From: Lingula anatina
Lineage: Eukaryota > Animalia > Brachiopoda
Direction: 5' to 3'
Length of the DNA: 64,000 bases
NCBI GenBank assembly: GCA_051362555.1
Contig: CM120640.1
Span: 33,809,967 to 33,873,966, forward strand
The notes under the pieces were generated by a model. The model saw only the letters and a list, made by a program, of their open reading frames with translations. It was not told where the DNA came from and did not search any database. The position numbers were made by a program, and so were the translations under genes. Shown here in pieces: positions 47,701 through 59,697 of this stretch. Positions within the stretch are counted from its first letter, which is position 1; every line of letters begins with the position of its first letter.

Positions 47701-50700
47701 TCAAAGATATTATTTCAGGCTCCCAAAAAGTTGAAAATCGGCTAATAATCAGAAAAATCTCACAATTGTATCCTGCCTTACCCACACATTGTTGTTCACT
47801 GATAATCAGTCCAGCAGAATTTCTTGGATAGTCATAGCCGGCTGAGCATATGCACTTGTAGCTGCCTGTACTCGTCACTCCACAGATGTGACCACTGCAT
47901 GGACGCTGGACCACTGGGATTCTGGGATTTGTACATGGGTTAGTCGCAACTGAAAAACGGAATAGCAGAATTTTTGTACCTTATTTACTTTTCTTACTTA
48001 CACAACATTAAAAACTAAAAGATGTATATAATATCACCAAAATTGATTTTGGAAATAATAAAACTCCAAATCAAATTCTTTTTTTTTTTCAATCACAAGC
48101 ATCATGCAATATTAGGGGACCGTTTGCATAAACAATGTACTTAAGTACAGTAATGATAAATCAATACTTTAACCCAATTCATGCCAGAGAATATCCAACA
48201 CGTAATTACCTATGCATTCAGAGACATTGCATTTCTCCATTTCTTGTGCCTGGCCCAGGTTGAAGCCAATACAATCACTATCTGAGAGTGTGGTGCCCTG
48301 GATATTAGTGCAGGTTCTGCTACGGTTTCTGTAAGATGCTGAACCACAGGTCTCAGAGCAGTTGCCCCATGGGCTCCAGGCTTGGTAATATGGTGACACT
48401 GAAATTAATACACATAAGATGTGATCATTCACTACAAAAGTGACATTTATGGAATCTTTTTGTAATATTCTTTTAGATTAAAGATCCATGCGAACACCTT
48501 GTATGGACTTTTTGTATTTTTTTATTTTATTTTTTTTTCAATTATTTATCCAAATGAATGATAAATATTTTCTTTTCCCTAATAAATTTCTGGCCAATAT
48601 AAAAATCACTCTTTATCAAACCATATCATTATAATGATCAAGTTACACACACACACATACCATTATTTTGGCCAGAATAAATTGACACATTGATAAAAGG
48701 TTAAACTTCAAGATATCCATTTTCATGGATCACTGCGCATAGTGCAACATACCCCTGTATGTGTATATATAAATAATATTGCAAAGTATTGCTTACTTAA
48801 TGTCCAGTAGTCACATTCCAGTAATGTTAATAAGTCAACTTCTAAATTTTCATTTTGGCCACAGGGTATAATGTTGGTCAAGTACCAAGGCTCCAAGTAC
48901 ATTGCTTTGTACATATTTACTCAGTATTAGCTCTCCTGTAGATACTGAATAACTGCTCTGAGTCAATAAGTACCAGTAGAAATTTAAATGGACTTTTTCA
49001 AGGGTGCAACTGTAACCGTTCTTTTGTTTGTTCATTTTTAACAAAAGTTTTCCTTCAATTAAATCTGAAATCAGTGACAGCACTTTGAGCTTGTTCTGAT
49101 GCACTGTGATAATAAATTGTTCAAAATTTTCATTGGTTGCATATGTTACATCATAAATGAAATATCTCTGGAATGAAATAGTGTAAATTAATAAAAATTC
49201 CCAATTATCAAATAAAAAAATCTAGATATCTTTCAATAACTAATCATAAATATCTGGATGATTTAAAGTAATAAATACCCAACAAGATATTCAAAATGAA
49301 AATATTAGCTGTAAAAAATAATAAATAAATCAATAATCTGGTTAATCTTCTCTAATAGTCACAGGATTAATATATCAAGTATTGACTTGCATGCCTCCCA
49401 CACAACAATGGCAATGGTAATGAACCTGGACACTGTCCAAGTTTAGTTGACCAATTTCGCTTCATTATAAATATGGATTGTTTATTGAACTTCCTAGGTT
49501 ACCTATTTAAATAATTAGTTAACACTCAAAGTGGCAGTCACACACACAATGGCATAATTCTGTAATCTTTAATTTTCCTTTTGAAGTCATTGCAATAAGT
49601 ATATAACTGTGGGTGGAAATTCAAATAAATGAACATCGACATATGCATTAACGACAACAATATAACTCCAAGCTCCATTCACATCATTATTTGGTGCCTT
49701 GGGAATAGCATGAAATGAAAACAAAATGTTCAATAATTAAAATGTGTATCAAGTCCATCAATGACGTTTTACTGAAGGCCCAAAAGTACTTAACCAATGC
49801 TCAAAAGTTCTTCCCAGTAGGTTTGCATTAGGTTTTAATGTGTTTGGTACAATGCTCTATCTTCTCAAAAGCAAACTAAAATCCAAAAGACCGATTTTGC
49901 CAATTAGTGTTTGGCATTTGATATTTCATACATAATAAAGTGGAAGCCTTTTATGATACCCTATGAGATAAAGTGGCGCCTATACTGATTTGACACATTA
50001 TTCTCCAAGGAAATACTAGGAAATAATCAATAACCTTTACTTCTGATGACTTCATGATAAATTTCTATTAGATTTTAGAATAGAACCAATGTTTGATACT
50101 TCAGTAGCACTGAATAAAATTCTCTGTCAATATTTGCCTAAACAGTACAGCAGGAATTAAAATCTATCATATTTTCAAAGTTGAAATACTTTTAACAATA
50201 GTATATGGTGAAATAATTTGAACTTACAATACTGACAGTTTTCTCCATAAGTATTGTTAATACACTGGCATGTATATCCACTGATTTGGTCCACACATGT
50301 CCCTCCATTCTGGCAAGTGACTCCAGCACAGTCATCTATATCTGGAGACAAAAAAATTGTTTATATTTGAAAAAAGTCAAAGAAATAGAAATGGGCCAAT
50401 TAAGTCAGTTTCATTTTTTTTTTTCTACAAAACTCATAATCTCATAATGTATTTAGTACATATATTAACAAAAATCAGCTTTTTAAAAACTCCCATTATT
50501 TGAAAGTTTTGTTTTTTCCATGTTATTGTGAAATTAAATCAGTTCGAATTTTAATATCAAAATTATAACCCAGATTCCTCAGTTTGCTTTCCAGCATAAC
50601 ACATCAGTATTTACTACGTTGCAATACTTCATAATTCCCCTAAAGACAGGAAATTAATCATTGTTTATGCTACTAGTGGGATTTATTCACTTGCCCCTGC

Positions 50701-52913
50701 AGGAAAACTAGATTATATTGATCTAAAGACCAGGTAACCAAACAACAGATTAGATGCAATTATTTTGGCTTTAGCTTAATTGCCTTTGTTTCTTGGTCAA
50801 AACAGATGCCCTTTACCGGCCAGCATGCGCTTTAATTATTTGATGCATAATTTAAGTGTTATGGTGAAATTGTTTGTATGTTCTCATGGTAATGAAATTT
50901 TGACACTCTGATAAGCTTTTACGTGTTCTGTTATTACACTTAGATAACATGGTTTCACATATGAAAATATACTATTTGTACATGTGTACATGCAGCAAAG
51001 ATTAATGATAATAATCAATACTACAAAATAATTTTTACTATATTACCTGTATATTCATTCAGGCCCGTAGCCAGGGGGGTTCGAAAGAAGCCCCTTTTTT
51101 GCTGGGAAAAAGGTCCACTCTGGGTAAATTTGATCTACCAGTAGTAAGGTTTCATGGCATAAGGACTACATTTAACAGAAAAAATGGAACCCCCCTTTAG
51201 CAATTGTTGGCTATGGGCCTGACATTATTAATAATAGTAAGTGCTTTGAAGTATATGATACATTGTTTCAAGTTAAAAGAAAGCTGATATGCTTACTTGT
51301 GCTGCAGTTCTTGCCAGTATAGCCAAGCGGGCAGTAACAGGTGAAGTCTGCCACTTGATCCAAACAGCTCCCTCCATTTGCACATGGGGATGTGGCACAT
51401 TCATCGATTTCTGATATTAAAAAAAATATAAAAAGGTTAGCACAGCCATTAATATTTTGTGACCAACTCTTTATTCAAAAAGCCAGATTATCTTGAAATC
51501 TATTAATCCTTTAACGTGCATGTGTGTGTGTATGTGTGTGTGTTTGGGGGGGGGGGGGTAAGGGGAATTCTTGATGACCGTTAACTAGCAACCGATTCAC
51601 GTCTTATATGGTCACCGTATATCCTAACTCAGCAGTGAACATATTCACATCAATATACTTATACGAAGTAATAATTAAGTATCCGGCCTACGATTGCTTT
51701 TACTAAAAAACTGAAACATCACTTTTAATGCTGACTCTGCTTACTCGGCCCGGGTTGCCCAACAGCAACACTGCCCAACGGCAAAAAAATTTAAATTGGA
51801 TCATTACAGGCTAAAACCTTGGATTTAACAAAAACTTCTTATGTTAAATCAAACCTCTGCAATGTTTTGTCTCTCAAGGGACACGGTTACTGCATTCGGA
51901 CCCAGTCTGCTATTCAGATACGATATGTGCTGCTGATACTGATGCGCGCGCAATACATGACACTTCTAAAGACGTCACGCTAGGTATGCCACCGGAATGT
52001 TCACTTGTGTTGGGCTCAACTCTGAGTCAAGTTGAATTATTGCGATCTCCCGCGTTTAGAATGGAAAACTAGAACATATGGAATTTGCTACACACCTAAT
52101 TCATTTCATCAATATACCTGTATTTAATGTCATTTCAACACTTACTTGTACAGTAAGTCCTACCAGCTGATAGGTCCTATGCATTTCTCAAATAGCCTTA
52201 AATTTTGCACAGCGCCACCCTGAGTTTGAGGGGACACTGGGACTTCAACTCTCTACTATCAGCACCCTGTGCCGTTTAATACAGAAGCATAGTAAATCCA
52301 AAGAACTGATCGAATTTCCAGTGTGCTATCACTGCTATGCAACACATACCTGTAGGCCTACATATCTATGCATGTAGGCCTTATGTGCCCAGTAGGCCTA
52401 CCTAGGCCTACATGTAGGCCTATTCGTATTTCAGTTTCTAGCAATTTTTTCGTATTTTTTCTATCCCAAAATTTCTTCCTACCTGTTTGGCAGGTACTGC
52501 CTGTATAACCCGCTGGGCATGTACAAGTGAAGGAATTTACACCATCAATGCACGTTCCACCTTGACGACAGGGATTGGAAAGACAATCATCAATATCTGT
52601 AACGAAGATAAAGAAAAAAATTTAATAATTTGCTTAATTTGAAAAAAATAGCCTTGGTATGTGGTCATAAGATATAGGCCTACTGTATAGCTTAAAAACC
52701 AAAGGATCTTCATATCTTTCCTTCTATTATCATGTTTTTCTTTCGTGAGCAACGAATAGTTGTCCAAATTATTTGCAACGAGAAATTCAATATTGATGGC
52801 ATTTCGCTCAAAAAAAGATAGGCTATGGCATTCTTCATTTTGATAGCTAACACCTAGGCTACATTTTGGCTGTTAAACTGACAAATTAGCAATTGCAAAC
52901 AAGCAAACCAAAC

Positions 52914-52953
<40 letters not shown>

Positions 52954-55900
52954 TCCATTTACTTGTAGTGCAGTTCTTCCCAGCATACCCAGGGAGGCAG
53001 TCGCAGGTGTAGTCCAAGTTACCGTCTATACAGCTGGCACCGTTCTGACAGGGGTTGTTGGCGCATTCATCCAGTCCTTTAATAAAACGCAAGGACGCAA
53101 TTAAACTTCAGGTGTAAATATCCTGTCATTCATCTTGGAAAATATCTCACGGCACGAGTATAATAAAACCTTCATGTTGATATTTCATACTTATATATTC
53201 CATATATAGGAGCGGATCCAGGATTATTTGAAAGAGGCCTTAAATCCTTACTCAAACAGTGGAATGAGAAAAGATAGTAAAATATAAATACCTTTTATAT
53301 TTAATGAACAGTTCTTGCCGTAGAATGTGCCCGTGCAATTGCACATGAAGTCGGAACCTGTGTCTGTGCATGTGCCGTTGTTTTCACAAGGCGACGCAGC
53401 GCAGTAGTCTATAGCTGAAGAAAAAAATTAAGGACATCGTGGAGTTATTAAGCGTTAGCTTGAAATATAACCAGTACATTAACCAGATAGTTTCACGACT
53501 TCAAAATAAAAAAAACGCATGGAATTGGTCATAAATAATACAGAAAATAAGATGACAAAAATGAAGAATGCAAAAATGCTTTATAAGTTAACACTTACGT
53601 GCTGATGTGGTGACTTCCACTTGAATCGATGAGCTTGCCGAAATCGACACTGGACTGGAACTTGTCGCAGCACCTGCACTGCTAGCCACCGCACCTGAAG
53701 AAGCTGCTTGTGTTGTCCCCAACGACTGGGTTGCACTAAATACCGCTCCAGAGGTTGTCATGTCCGATGAAGATGCCGTCAAAGATTGTTGTGGAGATTG
53801 ACTTGTTGATGCTGACGCCCCGAACGATGCTGGACCACTGCTTTGCAGCATTTGGCTTGTAGATGCCACCATGCTCTGAGAGCTACTTGGGCCCGTCATT
53901 ATGTTGTGAGTACTAGCAGATACGCTTCCAGAGGAAGCCAGCATAATTCCAGAGCTCGCTGAAGTTCCCATGCTAGAAGACTGACTAAGCTGGTCTGATG
54001 ACATTGGCATTACCACACTTGATGGCATAGCAGATGCTGACCCGCTGCTTTGCATCAGACTTGAAGAGCCCATTGAAGTTTGCATTGAAGCGGACGCCAC
54101 TGGTTGGCTAGCTGACGAAATTTGATTTGAGGACATGCTCTGCACCATGGGGCTTGTACTGGTAGATGCGCTTCCAGAAGGTGGTATCGTATTTACAGAA
54201 CTCAGTGACGCACCCATCATAGAGGACGTCACAGACTGGCTGTCTGGTGAATATTGATTCGATGACATGCTTTGAATCATATGGCTTGTAGATGCGCTTC
54301 CAGAATGTGGTGTCATATTTACGGTGCTCATTGACGCTCCCATCATAGAAGACGTCACAGACGAGCTATATGACGAAAATTGATACGATGACATGCTTTG
54401 AATCATCTGGTATGAAGACGCGCTTCCGGTTGATGGTATCATATTGACAGAACTCACTGAAGCTCCCGCCATGGACACAATAGACTGACCATCTGAAGAA
54501 AGTTGTGCAGATGACATGGTTTGCATCATAGGGCTTACAGACTCACTTCCAGATGTTGGTACTATATTTGGAGAGCTCATCGGAGACATCATAGACTGGT
54601 CGTGTGAAGAGAGTTGCCCTGATAACATGGTTTGTATCGAGGGACTTTCAGATGCGATTCCAGATGATGGTATCATATTTGGAGAGCTCATAGTAGACAT
54701 AATAGACTGGTCATGTGAAGAAAGTTGCACTGAAAACATGGTTTGCATCGTTGGGCTTTCAGATGCGATTCCAGATGATGGTATCATATCGAGAGAGCTC
54801 ACTACTGCCCCCATAGTAGAAGACACCATAGGCTGGCTATCCGTTGAGGGCTGACCCAACGACATGGTTGGCATCACCTGGCTTTCATGTGTACCAGCGT
54901 TTCCAAAAGATGACACCATATTCTGAGTGCTCATCAAAACTCCCATCATAGAAGACGGGCTTTCTGACGAAAACTGGCCTCCTGACATCGGTATTGAAGC
55001 ATGCGAAGAAAAATAAGATGTTGAATCACTATTTTGCATCATTACTTGAGAGTTCATTGAGACTCCAGTCATAGATGGCATCATAGACTGTTCTGACGAC
55101 ATGCTCTGCAACATCGAGCTCACCGCTGCACTTCCAAAAGATACCATTACACTCTGCGAGCTCAGCGGGTCCGTCGTCATAGAAGATTGACCAACTAAAG
55201 AAAGCTGGTCTGATGACAGTGAGCCAGACGAGAAGAAAGAAGGTGATTGACTACTGATTAATGGCATACTTTGAGAGCTCATGGAACCCCCCATTACTGA
55301 GGACTGGCTGTCTGGTGACATGCTTGTTGGCATTAACTGGTCGGTAGATGCCGTTCCAGAGGCCATCACGTTTTGAGTACTCATCGAAGCCGCTGAAATT
55401 GATGGCTGACTGTCCGATGTCAACGACGACATTGAAGTAGGCGAAGATATATCAGACCCAGAAGGCGCACTATTAGTGTCCGTTGAAGAGTATGGACCGG
55501 AAGAATCCGAAGAAGAAAATGTAAAACCGACATCACTAGCGGACGAAGACACCAGTGGTGATACTGATGTGCTTTCGATTACGGCACTGGTGCTAGTATA
55601 GTTGCCAGGGATATGGAAGACTAAAATACAAATAGATAGCCACCGGACCAGCCGTATCTGAAATATACAGTGTATAAAACGGGTTTAAACATATTGGCAC
55701 TTGAAAGATCATTCCATTGGGTTCCATTTTTTTTTTTTTTTTTTTTTTTTTGTTATGACGACATGCTTCAATAAGAAATTCACAAAAAATGAACTCAACA
55801 GGGATAATTGAAATGTTCGTCAAACGAATTTTTCTCTTTCTTTTTCAAGCTGTAGAGCGTTAAGTTGTTTCAAATGCCTTATTCCCATGGTGTACTTTTG

Positions 55901-57739
55901 TCTTCCTAAAGACTGAGAAATACTTTGATGGAGATTCTCAAATGGTGTATTTCGCGTGGCTCCTTCATGTGTTACTTTGAGTTTCAGAGATAAAAATAGG
56001 CCTATATTTGGAAAAAAACATAAAACGTGTCGCACAATACAACACTTATGTCGAAGTGATCTGTATGAGTAAGAGATTAAACGGGATGAAATCACATTAT
56101 CTCAGTTACTGACACTAATGCCAAAAGTTCAAGTACAAGTATAGCCTCAGAAAAAGTTCTCCATCAACCATCATCCCTTTGACCAAAGATCTTGTATTGA
56201 CCCACTGCCAATATTCCATCTGCATATATCTCTCAGATTTTGTGTCATCATCACATTTAGTAGGTTGTACATCTTTTACATCTACTTGCAGATACATATG
56301 CTAATTGCTTTGATGATAAACAGTAAATTTTATTCAAGTGTATTTCAGTTTTAGATTAAAAAAAAACGCTTTCGGTAGAATTTGCCTGTTGCTAGGCACT
56401 TATTTCATTAGTTAACAAGAGCCCTCTCTGTTGCAGATATGTTTGGACCTTTATGACGAAATTTCAGACAGTGTGATGACAGACACTGGTTTTAACTACG
56501 CTCTGAAAGCTGGGTCTACCAGTAGTCTATTACAAATTAATTGTATCGGACCCTGTGGGATTTGAGGCGATCAACAGGAAAGCGCGTTTCTCTCCAGACA
56601 TTCCTTTTTTTATTTGACATAGGGGCGATTCCACACCTAGGTGCTGAGTAAAGCACATCTACCTTCTACCAGGGTGGCAGATATTATAGGGAAATCTTAA
56701 ATCCTGGCAGATAATGTAATGACTGTCTGTTTATCTAAAGAAATATCTGTGAATATCTTGTGAAAAAATCAATCCTCCTCCTCTATGCCAGCAGCTACCG
56801 TGTAAGGGGCACTTTTCAAACCGCTTTTAGTTTTGCACTGTAACACCCTGAATTTCAAAGGAGACCTTAGGAATTCAACATTCTATTTTCGGTACCTTCT
56901 ACCAGGACCGCAGTTTAATTATTTGCATTTTTTCCAGCGCGAGAGAGAATCGTTTCATGACTTAGCCAGAGAAATATATCTGTTAATATATAGCGGTAAA
57001 TCAGTCTGTGTTCCTGGTAAAGGCTAGGCGGGATAGTTACATAACAGCAGACGAGCTGATTGGGAGTGCGCCCACAGAAACATATGCTTTAATCTTGTAT
57101 ACTACTTTAGAGGCCCCTTATATCAGAGGGCAGCCTTAAACGTTGGTTACGTCTATCTCACCGGTTCTCCAAGGTTTGTTTCGGACCGTGTATGATAGCT
57201 GTCACGCAACCAATAATTTCTAGGGTAATGTTTTCACTGCGGGCTTTCTCATTAGGAAATAATTTACAATTACCATGTACACATGGGGATTATTCGATGT
57301 TGAATTATTAAAAGGGACATGGTGCCAGAAAGTGATGTCGACCGGCGAAAACAAATTCAATTTTTTTTATAAAGCTCTTACAACGATAGGTAATAGGTTT
57401 ATCTAAGCATATAATCTATCGGTATTGCTCACCTGGAATTTTCCGATTACAAATCGCAAAAACCACCAATGTGTTTTTAGGCTTAAAGCGGTAAATATCT
57501 CCAGCATCTTTCATTGTTTTCATAGCCCTGGTTTTGGAATACTTTAAATGATGAGCACAGATATGTGTGTATAGCAAAAACTTTATGATGATCGTAAGAA
57601 ATTTTTCTTCCCCCTTTAGCAAGCCATTAATAAATACACGATGAAATGCACACAGGATGAGATGTGAAAAATTATTCCTATGGATAAAACCCTTGAATAT
57701 GAAAAAACACTCGTAACTTACCATATTGAAGTTGTACAT
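27830..57739 (-). CDS. Giant MUC4-like type I membrane mucin-like protein (Ser/Met-rich region, EGF/cbEGF, TSP1, NIDO, AMOP, VWD, SEA-like, TM), about 48 exons
   Basis: Phase-consistent GT-AG exons 5' to 3': 57722-57739, 53599-55657, 53292-53414, 52963-53076, 52483-52596, 51297-51410, 50228-50341, 48210-48398, 47782-47949, 47110-47391, 46676-46809, 45929-46114, 45425-45598, 44805-44915, 44095-44359, 43403-43783, 42844-43095, 42322-42516, 41783-41893, 41447-41531, 41063-41247, 40524-40670, 39807-39952, 39266-39494, 38885-39007, 38401-38529, 38065-38187, 37627-37749, 37253-37393, 36857-36988, 36320-36466, 36016-36144, 35302-35427, 34887-35018, 34435-34554, 33939-34079, 33502-33627, 32908-33174, 32501-32629, 31728-31850, 31333-31461, 30776-30949, 30268-30329, 29948-30057, 29412-29599, 28828-29033, 28280-28425, 27830-27878. 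First and last exons are the least certain. Confidence 0.88.
30177..30231. repeat. (AAAT)n microsatellite
   Basis: Direct reading. Confidence 0.9.
31333..40670 (-). CDS. Mucin-like gene: cadherin/Ig-like segment followed by about 20 EGF/cbEGF domains
   Basis: [19 protein letters not shown]; then single-domain phase 1-1 exons with D(I/V)(D/N)EC...C.NT.GSY.C.C. Confidence 0.9.
34704..34816. mobile_element. Short hAT-like MITE, same family as 2102-2263
   Basis: Shared gagatattttctgacagtcttc and cagaagacccaga; AATAT duplicated on both flanks. Confidence 0.7.
35515..35728. mobile_element. Fold-back MITE with Harbinger-like ends
   Basis: ccccatttccatagtttagatcgaccta ... tagatcaatctaaaatctatgggaatagagcc imperfect inverted ends. 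Confidence 0.5.
39152..39195. repeat. (ATT)n microsatellite
   Basis: Direct reading. Confidence 0.9.
41063..46809 (-). CDS. Mucin-like gene: NIDO-AMOP-VWD block
   Basis: VAPFWT and IQAVLVTD (NIDO); ACSDW..RCP..CCY..CC (AMOP); [29 protein letters not shown] and [13 protein letters not shown] (VWD); [12 protein letters not shown]. Confidence 0.9.
41721..41764. repeat. (CA)n microsatellite next to a splice donor
   Basis: Direct reading. Confidence 0.9.
46298..46614. mobile_element. MITE with long (~85 bp) TIRs, CAGG termini and 5-bp TSD
   Basis: CAGGCCTACCCAACTACCAGACTCGGCACCGAATGATCCTGAATTCA perfectly inverted at the other end; AAAAT on both flanks. Confidence 0.9.
47110..48398 (-). CDS. Mucin-like gene: TSP1 exon and three EGF/cbEGF domains
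   Basis: [20 protein letters not shown]; [12 protein letters not shown]; [12 protein letters not shown]. Confidence 0.9.
50228..53414 (-). CDS. Mucin-like gene: five Notch/fibropellin-type EGF exons
   Basis: Phase 1-1 exons such as [34 protein letters not shown]. Confidence 0.9.
51060..51221. mobile_element. hAT-like MITE
   Basis: CAGGCCCGTAGCCA ... TGGCTATGGGCCTG; flanks TCATT / ACATT. Confidence 0.7.
52913..52953. repeat. (AAT)n microsatellite
   Basis: Direct reading. Confidence 0.9.
53599..55657 (-). CDS. Mucin-like gene exon 2: signal peptide core plus Ser/Met-rich low-complexity domain with 37- and 42-aa repeats
   Basis: tatttcag acceptor; [18 protein letters not shown] followed by the 654-aa open frame; donor GTAAGT at 53598. 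Confidence 0.88.
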
Positions 57740-57965
57740 GTATAAATGCGGCACTCTCAGGTGACGGTCAGCCCCGCTAACCTTTTTTCGCTTTGCTCGA
57801 TTTTTTTGTTGCGATTACTTAAATCACAAACGTTTTCCCTATTGTCTTATTTGTATATTTTCCGTAGCGATAAAAGTTTACCTTCCATTATGTTTCGTTG
57901 TCTGTGACTGTTACAACGGCTGATCACGACGGAGTAAATATGAGCTGAGGGGTCGGGTGTTACTG

Positions 57966-57995
57966 GTTGCTATGGCAACAACTCAGCTTTATTGG
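57966..57995 (-). promoter_or_regulatory. RFX X-box plus CCAAT box in the putative promoter of the mucin-like gene
   Basis: GTTGCTATGGCAAC at 57966-57979 (near-perfect X-box palindrome); ATTGG at 57991-57995; CpG-enriched patch about 230 bp upstream of the predicted ATG. Confidence 0.65.
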
Positions 57996-59697
57996 CTTGC
58001 AGTCGTAGTAACACGCCGTCGACACGCAATCGCGATGTACAATTAAGGTCCAATCCTAAGTATTAATCTTAGAAATCGATGAAAGAACTGAACGCAGAAA
58101 ATAACTGGGAAGATTGCTCAAGTGTTTGAAAAAAGGACACGCACTTGAACAAAGAGTTAAACGTTTTGAAAGTAGTATTTAAGTTTGACGGCCAGAGGCT
58201 GCCCCGTGGGGTATAAGGCAATGCTTGCCAGTTGCCACCATACAAAACCACTAAAGCATGTATTCTATAACGGTCTGAAGGGCTCTTGTAAACTTCATCA
58301 AATTCATTAGCGTGGAGGGCAGCAAATAAGATAATCATTTCGCCCATGGCAGGGACTTTCTTAGGAGTGAGGTTTCTAATGACAACAATAAACCTCTGTT
58401 TGTTGGCAAGTGGTAATGTAAGAATACTGGTAGTCCACTGTACGGTTGTCAAATATTATAAGAGCGACCCTAAGTAGCATTCTTTACCTAAGTAATGTAA
58501 AGTTCGGGTAGCGGTGATGGGTCTATTATGGCTTAATCCCACATTATAAAACTTCTTTCAAATCGCGACAGAGATGAACATGATATAGTGTAAATAGTGT
58601 ATTCAAAAGGCGCCCGCGGCTCACTCACATTTCTACTTGTAAAATAGTACGTCCATCCATGGAATGTACCGTCGCATTAATTGAACTGCTCCTTACGGGC
58701 GGTCACTTTGTTCGCATGTGGCTGATTAAATAAAACTTAAGCGGACGACAGGCCACTCACTGCTATTGACACACCCGTGGGTCAATGACCTTGGCCTGAC
58801 GACTTTTAGTCAAATTTCAGAAGTAATTAGCTGGTTGGACACAGTCGTAACAGTCATATGTAAAAATTGCGAAGTAACAAAGTACCTGTTAACTTCATAA
58901 ATTTTCTTTTACATCGACTTTTTCAAAAAGTGTATAAATTAAAATTATTTACTACATTGTCCGATTCATGAGCTGATCTTAGGTAAAGACCTAATGTAAT
59001 ACCGATGGGAACACGCGACCCAGAATAAAAAGGCCAAAATTGGTTTATTACTGAACTGAAAGTAGAAGGCTCAAACATTCAAATGACAATCAAATACCTC
59101 CCAAAGCAAAGAATGAAAAATTAATTTATTATTAGGTATTTTTACCCAGATGACTTAAGAAACCAAGAAAATAAATTAAAAGCAATAAATCAAAAATTAA
59201 TTTAGCTACAGTACAAATACAAATGGATAACCAACTGGAATTTAAATGACGCGCTGTAAAACACGTATAATTTCTTCAAACCTGCAAAAGGTTGTTTTTC
59301 TTTAATTAGTTAGGTAACAAATCGCTGAGTATTGTAGTAGAAGGTACAATTGTTTCTTAACGTGCATAAAATGTTAACGAATTAAAAAGTATTAAATAAT
59401 ATAATGAATCATCTGACACACTTTTAAGTGTTATCTTCACATCTCTTCAAGAAATGTTGTCAATGATCTAAAATAATTTAATTCCTCTGAATTGTTTGAA
59501 ACACGCTTACGACGCTGCTCACAAGCCCAAATGGCTTACAATAATCCTTTGTGTTCACTTCATCATAAACAGGACCAATAATATTTGAGGCTTTTAAATA
59601 GAGATGAAACCAGGTTAACAACTCGAGTCTCTTGACAAGGCATTTTGAAACGAAAAATTCAGTGAGAGCTGTTGTAATCAAAATGAGAAGTTGTGTC

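Noticed and set aside
54516-54854. Repetitive Cys/Ile-rich + strand ORF
   Set aside because: Antisense shadow of the 37-aa repeats in the Ser/Met-rich exon
58069-58452. 127-aa ORF between the Pif-like and mucin-like genes
   Set aside because: Non-ATG start, no recognisable domain, no convincing splice context
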